From Tubiluchus corallicola (taxonomy: Eukaryota > Animalia > Priapulida): 64,000 bases of DNA. How positions within the stretch are numbered: the first letter of the stretch is position 1; the number at the start of each line of letters is the position of its first letter. The DNA is taken from NCBI GenBank assembly GCA_030141605.1, contig JAQGDQ010000003.1:310001-374000 (forward strand). Direction: 5' to 3'. The notes below the pieces were generated by a model, which saw nothing but the letters and a program-made list of their open reading frames with translations, made no database searches and had not been told where the DNA came from. Shown one piece after another: positions 51,679 to 64,000 of this stretch. The position numbers were made by a program, and so were the translations under genes.

Positions 51679-54600
51679 GTACAGTATGGATTTTTTTCTT
51701 ATGATTACATTTTTAAAAGTGGGTAGCAAAAATGTTTGTACTGATATAACAAACAGTTTACTGCATCACTATTGTCACCTGTGGTAATTATTAATACTCT
51801 TACTGTTGTAGTTGGTATTAATATTATATACATGGCTTGCTAATAGCACTGTATGACAAAATGAAGCTTTTGTCAATTCTTTTTATTGACATCTTTGACA
51901 TAGAACAAAACATTCTCTTATTAAATTGTTTGTTTTGATTTGTTTCTGTAGGTAAAGTGCTGTTGTGTCGTGGATATGGAACTCACTGTAAGTCTGGCTT
52001 TATCTTTGAAATACAGGATGGTGCCATCGTTGACATGGCAGTTTCTTGGCTCTACTTGTGTGTTGCTTGCACAAATGGATACTGTTTGCTGTGGAAGCAT
52101 GGGGAATTTACAGATGGACCTATGTGTAAGGTACTGTTAAAAAATATGTACTATAGTAGGCCAGTAATTTAAACTTAAAAGTTTGAATGTGACGTCACGC
52201 CTGGCTTCTCTCTATTCTCTCTATACTTAAACAGGTTAGCGAGGGAGTTCCGGTTTTGCCACGAAGCAGGGCTGACGTATCGCTGTTACAATTTTTCTAT
52301 ACTACTTTGAATTAAAATAAAGTTTTAAAAATAAGTTACAAACGAGTTGGAGCAGTTTGTCAAGAATTCTATTGTACTCTATGTTTTATTTCATCTTCAA
52401 TTCGATTTCAAATCGAATTTCTAACTTCTGCAATCACTGTCTTGTAATAGTGTAATTGCATGTCCACTGGGAGAATTAAATCATTTTCAGAATGGCTAGT
52501 TATGCCAATTAAACTGGCTTGCAACTTAGCTTGTATAAGCTATTGTAATTGCATGTTATGATCAAGTTTGTTGAATATGGAGTATATATATATCGATAAC
52601 CATCAAATACTAGAACATTATTGTACTAAGAATCATGTATCTGTAATAATAATAAAATTTCTACCATTAGTCAGTTCTTATAGGTGATTCACGAACGGAA
52701 GAATTTACTACTTTGCATAATTTTTTATTAATAGTTCTGTTGTTGCACTACAAAGTGTACAACATTTGCCATTTTTATTTTATTTTTTCTAAAAACTGTG
52801 ATGGTAAGATTTTTTAACAAAACAGATGTGAAACAATTAAAGAGAAAAAAGTGACATTAAAAGCAAACAGCAGAGCCAAATAATTATAATGTGGAATTTA
52901 ATAACGTATACAAACCACAAAATATGTCCACACAGCTTAAAAATGTTCGAACTAAAAGGCAGTTTTGTTTACTAACTTTACTTGGTGTTTGTGTTTTAGG
53001 AAGTTTAACAGAAGTTTTATTCAGCACATGATCATCATCCCAGCAGATTTTAAACTAAAACACCTAAAAGTATTTTACACTCTATACATTTTAAAAATCC
53101 CAAATCCTGTAGATTACTGCATGAATAGAGAAATAAATAGCTTATTTTTTGTTTAGGTAGTACTTCATGAGGAGAAAGAGCTCCATACATACGAAATTAA
53201 GAATGTGGCTTTTTGTGGAGAAAAGCTTGTTATCCTCACTGCTGCTGGTAAAAACTAAATTGTCTGTAAAATTTTTGTGATGATATTAATAATTGTATTG
53301 TTCAGTATTGGTTGTTTTCTGCCAAAGCAGACATTTGACTCGCTCCATTTTTACATATTTTAGGAAGGCTGCTGACAGTGACCGATTTTGAAAAGAAACC
53401 TGAACACTTCCAGATGCCAAGTAATGAGGAAGTGTGTCAGATATGCAGTGGTAAGGAACACACTGTATTACGTACCATCTTTGGAAATGTCTACACTTTT
53501 GGGAGTGGAAGGTAAGGTTTACCACGGTGGATATTTTCTTGCTTTTTAAATGCCAGCAAATGTCTTATATAGAAATGTCAACATTAATTAAGCATTAAGC
53601 ATTTGGATTTGCTAATATATTTACTGACTGGATCAGAGAATTTCACAAGTAACTAAAAAAACAAGCCTTGAAATTTTGTAATGTTCCCATGTTAGCTTAC
53701 TATTTGTAGAATTCATGTTTCAAGTTGCTACATAAATTTATCCTTCTGTGCTAACTACTAGGTAGCTATTAAGCAATTGAAATGCATTCTTTTAAGGCAT
53801 TTTGTAAAAGATAGTTTGTGTCTAAGTATTAATGCAAAAATCATTGACTTAGTAAAATTAAATAACATTATTTCGTGAATAGGTTTAATAGTAATTTTTT
53901 CTACTACTGATGTATACTAAAATTTTGCACAGTTGTTGGGAATCTTTTAGGATGTATGCCAAAATTCACTGATCTTCCACTTTTGCAGAAGGTTGTTTGT
54001 CTTCTTAGAGTGTGCTTAGCTTTTTTACAAAATTGGATTTTTTACAAAGCCCTCATTAACTTGAATAAGCCTAGTTACACTTAAGCATTCATTTTGCAGA
54101 GAAAATTTTATGTAATAGGCCTACCCTATTAAGTAGTGAGTGGATGCATTTAAAAATACGAATGTTTTCCTGTTATCATGTTTCCAAACTTACTTGGGAG
54201 ATTTACTGGAAAATGAAATTGGATAGCCATTTAATCTTAGCATAGGCATTCTATTTTAGTAGTATAGTCAACCTTGGCTATAAGGGACACCTCGGGACCG
54301 GAAAAAAAACGTCTCTTATAGCCGAAGTTGAGTCTGACTGAGGGTGTACCTAGACCTGTACTTTTCTGCACTTTTACCCATATTTTTATGGATTATTGCT
54401 ACACATTCAGTGCAAATGATATGTAGAAAGCTCCTTCAATGAAGCGTGATGTATGTGACCGAGGAAACCGAGCTGTTCGAAGGCTGTGAAAAATTGAGGT
54501 TAAAAGTCGATCAATTTCGCTTTGATCGTGGGAATATGCGATGTAATTTACCTGGGTTTCTATTACACGGGACCAGAAGATATCGTCCCTCATATCCGAG

Positions 54601-57589
54601 TACCTTATATACAAAGATTTTTACAAAGGAAAAACGTTACGAAAAATTGGGACTGGTGTTGGTAGTCCCTTATAAGCGAGTACCTTATACCCGAGGTTGA
54701 CTGTATTTTTTTGTTAAATATCACTTTACTTAATGAATTTACTTTATTATGACGTAGCCATGTAGTTATTGCTGAATTTTTTTTTCTTCAATACAGCAAC
54801 CCAAAACTCCTTAATGGTTTCTGTGACTGTCATTACATCTATAAAAGCTCACATTCACACACATTTAGCAAGTTAATGGTAATTTTTTTAGCCGCGGACA
54901 GCTTGGCCATGGATCTACAGAGGAAGAGAAGCAACCACGCCTAGTTGTAGCTCTTGAAGGCATTCGAATCATTGATATTGCAGCAGGCGGGTGGCACTCG
55001 CTAGCCATTAGTGGTATGTGCTTTGTACAGAATGATAGATTTAAATGCTGTTTGTGTGCAACAAAGAGATTGCTAGCCAGTATATCGATCAGTCCTTCAA
55101 AAATTCAAGAGTTAAAAAGTTTGATCAAGGGCTGTTCTTGCATAACAGTTGAATGCAGTTGTTGCACAAGTGATGCGGATTGAATATTTTTCCTAGTACT
55201 TAACACATATTTATTGTAATAATCAAATGTCAAAATTTAGACAACTGTTCAGGGTTTTATTTTGATTACTGATATCTGCAAAAAATGATTACAGTAAATA
55301 TACATTCCAACCAAAACTGAAATTCACATATAAAATCGACTGTGGTCTTATTAATATTGTCACTTTTAGAAAAATAACAATAGCAAAACATTTGATTTGT
55401 TACAAACAACATGGACAAAAATACCGGCTGTGCACTCACACAGCTGGGCAACTAGTAGAGTTTTTTGCAAAATTTACCAGACTGCATCAAACTGACATAA
55501 ATAGCTCCACAGCAAACAATGGCCCCATTCTCTACTAAGAAAGCATACCTATGTGCCAGACAAATTTCAGGGAAGACCTATACGATATGCTAATGAAGTG
55601 TATTTAGCAGGTAAATTAAGTATGTAAATGGTTATGGAGTAATAAATGTGATAAATCATCCACACTGAGAAGAAAGTAGTAATTTCAAGTGTTTATCATG
55701 GCAGCTCATGGCACCAATATCAGTTGTTGTATGTCAACAGTCCCATTTCAATTTGTTTGAATGTGTTTGGATGTTTATCTTCAGAATTAAAATTTTTTGT
55801 ATTGGGCAACATATTGAATATTTTTGGAGCATTATTGATGCCAAAAACATCTTCATTGTCCCTGTAATTCTTAATGTAACTGCTGGTTTTTACTATTTTT
55901 GTGTGCTTGGTTTCAGAACTGCAACACTTCTTGCACTGTTGGTGGCAATTTTGTAAAATTTGATGGCCATCTTGAATGTTTTTGGTATTCAAAAGCAGGT
56001 AACATGCTTTTTTCTAGCCCGGAGAACATTACCATAGCTTCGGACATTTACAGATGTGCATTTTTGCAATTCTTGCATTCTTGCACGACGGTGTTGGGAC
56101 ACTACTGATATGTCCAACATAGCTACCTTGTTGTTCGCTAAAACTGTGAAAACAGCGATTAATTAGTTAGGCCTTCTTCGATATTTGGTTACAAAGGTAT
56201 AAGTTTTTTTAAATGTAAAAGTGGTAAACCCTTGGTAGATCAGAATTAACATTTTTTCCTATTAACATATAGAGAGGGTGTTTCAGATCACTGATGGGAC
56301 TTTTTATGAACTCTGTAGCTCCCCTATTATTACCAACATGTGGATTTGTTTACTCCCATTTAGTGAATATCGTGTGTATTACCAAGATATAAGTTTTACC
56401 AAGTTTTGAAATAAGCATTTCTTCATTTTCAGATATTGGCGACATATATGTGTGGGGTTGGAACGAAAGCGGTCAACTAGGTTTCCCAACATTGACAGGC
56501 AATTCAACTTTTAGTGAAAAATGTGATATTGGCAAAGACTTCTCTACAAGCTATAATCAAAATACTGATTCAAATATTGTGCCTGTAAGTGACGTTAATT
56601 CTTCAGAATCTGGAGCAAATATACAACCTAAGGACAGCAACATCAAATATTTTAAGGATGTCTGCCAAAACGAAGAACTATTTAAACAGCAAATAAATGC
56701 CTTTGAAGAAACGGAACAGAAAAGACATCCTGGCTCATCGGAACAAAATGAAAAACCATCTAGAAGGATGTCTGGTCTGTTCCAGTCTATACCAACTGTT
56801 CTCGATTGTCCAATGATACCAGAGGATATTGTGTTTGTACAAGTTAGTTGCGGTTCAAGACATTCGGCAGCTGTTACTGGTAAAGATATTTTTGTATGTA
56901 GCTGTGATTTTGTCTTCTTCTGTCAGTGATATGAAAGACAACAATGTGTACATTAAATCTGTGTGATAGCCAATATTCTGAACAATTAATTGACTGAAGT
57001 GGACTAAAATAAACAAATGTTTATTTTAAAAATTCTAATTAAGGTGAGGTTAGTTTGCCTTTATGTTGTGATGCATTTGGTCATTTTAATTGCTTTAAGT
57101 GCACAGTATTTGTCAACATGTACGGCAGCAAAATAAAATCTGAAGAGCAGGCAAACACTTAACTATTACATAATAATGGCTTTATATCCTTCCTACATGT
57201 ATTGCACCAAATTGACTGCAACTGTGCACTTTTAATGTTAGCCGATCATAGCTGTGGTGATCTTCTTGAGAATTCTTGTAACAAATTCTTGTAACAATTT
57301 GCAACTTGAGATTTCTTTTGACATTCAGTGTAGTATATTATGTTTGTCCCTTGCTGATATATGCAACTTTAAATTTTTATCTTTGCTCTTTCTAGATGGG
57401 GGAACACTGTATGTTTGGGGAAATAGTGAGCATGGACAGCTTGGTCATGGGCAGAACTGTGATGGTTCATCGACACCAAAAGCTGTTCATTTCTTCACCA
57501 ACCTAAATGTCAAGCATGTTATTTGTGGAAACTGGAATACTCTAGCCATAATGGATAAGAATAGTTCAGGAAGTGAATGTTCTAGCTGA
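51507..57589 (+). CDS. RCCD1: RCC1 domain-containing protein 1, 7 coding exons, about 450 aa
   Basis: Phase-consistent exons; RCC1 repeats GKEHT..GNVYTFGSGSRGQLGHG, AGGWHSLA..GDIYVWGWNESGQLG, VSCGSRHSAA, CGNWNT. Confidence 0.9.
51952..52130 (+). CDS. RCCD1: RCCD1 coding exon 2
   Basis: Open frame, GT-AG, phases fit. Confidence 0.8.
53157..53247 (+). CDS. RCCD1: RCCD1 coding exon 3
   Basis: IKNVAFCGEKLVILTAA; phases fit. Confidence 0.8.
53364..53511 (+). CDS. RCCD1: RCCD1 coding exon 4
   Basis: CSGKEHTVL...GNVYTFGSG. Confidence 0.88.
54265..54703. mobile_element. pogo/Tigger-like MITE in RCCD1 intron 4
   Basis: TA flanks; TIRs TAGTCAACCTTGGCTATAAGG / CCTTATACCCGAGGTTGACTG. Confidence 0.85.
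54892..55013 (+). CDS. RCCD1: RCCD1 coding exon 5
   Basis: RGQLGHG...ALEGIRIIDIAAGGWHS. Confidence 0.92.
56433..56879 (+). CDS. RCCD1: RCCD1 coding exon 6
   Basis: GDIYVWGWNESGQLG...VSCGSRHSAAVT. Confidence 0.9.
57396..57589 (+). CDS. RCCD1: RCCD1 coding exon 7
   Basis: GTLYVWGNSEHGQLGHG...CGNWNTL; stop TGA. Confidence 0.9.
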
Positions 57590-57976
57590 AAATTGTGTTT
57601 TGCACTGTCATAACTTTCAGTGTACTGAGATATTATTGTTTTCTGTTAAACAAGTGGCACTTTGTTTTGTGGCATACTGATATTAGTGAATAACATCATT
57701 ATGATTGTGACATTTGGCAGATTTTCATGTTGTAACATACTTGAAGTTCATAATTTTAATCCAGTTGTTGATGTCACTTGTCAGTTACAAAATCTTAGGA
57801 TTTATGATCATGTAATTGCATTATGAAATATTTACTGGTGACAGAAAATGTTTCAATTATTGTGTGCATTACTTTAAGGCTAATAATGGCGATTTTTGAA
57901 GATTTGTGTAGAAGTGGCTCGCGTGTAATGTCAAAATTCTTCTTAGTAGTATGCTTTTAAGTAGATAAAACTTCAT

Positions 57977-58325
57977 CAGGGCCATATTATGACCTTTTGG
58001 GGCCCCTAGGCTAATGAAATTATGGGACCCTTCAGATGAGCCACCATCTAATTCCCCTCACTCTTGAACTTTTTTACTCCGGATATAGCGATAGTGTTAG
58101 CGATATTTACATAGTTTAAGTAAACTTATTGCAAATCTTTAAATAAACTAGAATAGCTATCTTTTATTTGTCAGTGAAAATATTCTTTAAGAAACACCTC
58201 TATTTTACCACTTATTGCAAATCAACCTTAGCGAAAAAAAAACAGATTTTTTTTACATAATGTTTATAAAGCTTGACGGACACTAGGCTGCAGCCTATAC
58301 TGGCCTATAGCAAAATCCTGTCTTG
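57977..58325. mobile_element. hAT-superfamily MITE
   Basis: Exact 8-bp TSD AACTTCAT on both sides; degenerate CAGGGCC-type termini. Confidence 0.75.
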
Positions 58326-58687
58326 AACTTCATAGTACATAATTATAATTGTGAAATGTGAAATTGCGAAATTTGACAAATTTTATTTTGAATTGTTAAT
58401 GTAAATACATGTTCTTAATGATTTATATTGTAAATGCTGTTTAAAGTGATCAGAATGATTTAACACAATTTTAAATACCTGGTACGATTGTTCAGACTGG
58501 CATACTCTTACATGTATAAATTGTTTTGTTTACTGTGTGCTCTGTTGAATAATCCTGCTGTTTTGGCATCTACAGTTTTTAAGCTGCCAATAATTATAAT
58601 TGTACAATGTGCATAATAATAGTACCAAAGTTGTAAATTGTCTGTTTTTTAATATTTCTGTGAAAAAGCAAGCATCAATGTAATGAA

Positions 58688-58824
58688 TACCTCTGCCCTA
58701 TTTTAATTTTCATTACACTGAGCAAATTGTGATTTTTTCTTTTACAGTTATAGGTACCTCTGCCCTATTTTAATTTTCATTACACTGAGCAAATTGTGAT
58801 TTTTTTTCTTTTACAGTTAATAGG
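58688..58824. repeat. About 67-bp tandem duplication
   Basis: TACCTCTGCCCTATTTT...TTACAGTTA(A)TAGG starts at 58688 and 58755. Confidence 0.9.
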
Positions 58825-61116
58825 TGGCAGCACAAATTGTTTGGGGAAAATTTTCTAGTTCAGAATTTAGTTCAGAATACTTTTGCGCACGTGGTAGAAA
58901 GTCTTTTGATTATTTGCGAAATGCGCTGTTTGAAATGCTGTGAAATTTGGTTTATTTTCTTAATTTCCTATTTATAACATTTGGATTGAGGTTGAAGAAG
59001 TGAAACACCACCCAGTGGCATAACAAACTGATTGCTTTAGTTTCCCATAGTAGTTTCTGTGTCTTAGTCAATTTGGATTCTGTATTGTGATATGAGGTAG
59101 TTTTTAAATACATTAACTTCGGTTAAACTGTATCACGCGATTAAAATCACAGTTGCTCAATTTACTGTTGTTCTTTTTTTTAATTGTAAGTTATCCCTTA
59201 TCGCTTTATTGTTATCTTTTATCCCTAAAATGAATGCGTTCTTTGGGTTCATGAAAGACAAATGCAATTTATGCAAGAACCGGAGTGGTTACTTCCTGGA
59301 AGACCAACAATAATTAGTCTATTGGACATACTTGTTTGATAACATTTTAGTATCAAATATTTTATTATTATTATTATTATTAACATCTCACGTATTAATG
59401 GTTCTGTGAGTATATTTGTCTTACTTGAAAAAGTCCCACGTTGTTAACAGTAATAACACTTCATTAAGGATGTGTGCTATGTGCGCTATCAACATTTTTG
59501 GTTAGATGGAATGTACTGGAAATTAGAGATCTTACATTACTTTCTATTATGGTTTCAGTGTTTCCTAAGAATTAAGGCATCAGCACTACTTACTGTCATT
59601 AGTTAGTACAGAGTATGCTGTGGTGACAAACTAAGTGCTAACCCCAGGGCTTGAGGGGTCACACTAATTCCTAATCTTCGTAAATGATATTAATTTTCTA
59701 ATCGTACTTTGATCTATTGTATCATTATTCGTTTTACAGTTCATGACTTAATGCCATATTCACCTACTTCAAGAAATTGTGAGACATACAAATTCTTACA
59801 GAGGCCTGCTAATCTTATACGTTCTAGGTGTGTTTTGCTTGCATTCGTGTGTCATATATAACAATTACATGATCATAAATTTTCAGCTGAGATTAGCATA
59901 CGCAACAAAGTTCATCGAAGTCTGTATAGAAGTGTGTTAATGACTTATACCAGTGGGTTGGTATTTGTTTTTTAACGGGTTACAACAATACTGTAGTAAG
60001 TGTAGTTACTAGTTATAAGAGAAATAAGAACTTACAGTTCCGTAATTTATTGTGGGGCCATATTGTTGATGACAATACATGGAGACTTTCTTAGTTTGCC
60101 CTAAAACTTACCGGCTTGTATATAAAAAAAATGTATTTTAATTGTGAGTTGGTTAAACTACACTGGAGATAGATAGTACTATATATATAGTACTTTTAGG
60201 TGGATAAATGATATCTTTGAACAGTTTTTTCTCTAGCAGTCAAACATGTTCTCAGAACAGTATATGTGAATGTTCTCAAAAAATTACTAGATCATTATAC
60301 GAATGTGTAGAGAACAGTCTTTTCCAGCATTCGCAGAACATTCAGAGTTTTGCCCTCACATTATTAGAACCAATACATGTATTGCACAAATATTCTTATG
60401 GAGCATAGACACGAACAGTATAATTGTGCAAGAGTACTGACAATTATGTTGCCCCAATATTTTCATTTTGCTCATACAACTCAAAAATGCTGAGGATTAG
60501 TGTTAATTATAATTGGCTCAGTGTTCAATAGCACTTGCAGATGTTCATTTCCAGTCCCCAATATAAAGACAGTTAACTATGTGTGTGTAAGCGTGTGTGT
60601 CTGCTAAAAACGTTGTGCAAGTGTTGTCAGATCTTTGTTTCAAAAAATTACAAATTCTCATGTAGACATTCTTTTTTCAGCATTCAGAAGAATTTTTGCA
60701 TGATTTGGTTTTTAGTTGCAGCACTTGGATGAATAATTCATATTCTGTAAACCAGTCACTTTTTTCAATACTCAGTATGTCACACATCTGCTTGGTATGT
60801 GCAATACATACGTAATGCAAGTTGCAAGAATTAATTATATTTCTTAGTGTATCTGAGTTTTCTCCATTCTGAGATTTTATTTTGACATTAATAACTTACA
60901 CTTTAATGACAGATCAGAAAAAATAGGATTGTTGTCAATAGCCTCACCTAACCAATATATGTCTACACTAATAACACTATACACATTGTGATCGGTGTAT
61001 AGTGGAACGTCTTGCCATCCAGTATTATTATAGTATGTCATAGGAATTGTTCATCGCTTCCCATTGTGTGATTATTAATTAATACACTATAACATACTTT
61101 GTTTTTCTTCATCAGG

Positions 61117-64000
<2,884 letters not shown>

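Noticed and set aside
59093-59101. TGAGGTAGT matching the let-7 5' end
   Set aside because: Only 9 nt match, the rest diverges and I see no precursor hairpin.

Overview
AT-rich, intron-rich invertebrate animal DNA (protein motifs suggest a protostome, probably an arthropod; this is inference). Minus strand: the 5' 38 coding exons of a DOCK1/DOCK180 (myoblast city/ced-5 type) Rac GEF, 46162 down to 5105, phase-consistent, about 1500 codons; the rest of the gene lies beyond the left edge. Its introns carry a same-strand single-coding-exon rhodopsin-class GPCR (intron 25) and an antisense selenocysteine tRNA gene (intron 18), and intron 35 looks U12-type. Plus strand: an intronless GMP reductase, a 7-exon RCCD1, and the start of a PCED1/FAM113-like gene. 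Repeats include TA-flanked pogo/Tc2-like MITEs, a hAT MITE with an 8-bp TSD, a Harbinger remnant, LINE fragments and microsatellites. Two observations stand out. (1) Many introns contain long, collinear, imperfect inverted repeats of apparently unique sequence, and several pair across an exon so the exon sits in the loop. (2) GMPR appears to lie inside the 5'-UTR intron of RCCD1 and may share its promoter. All gene models and alignments were read by eye.
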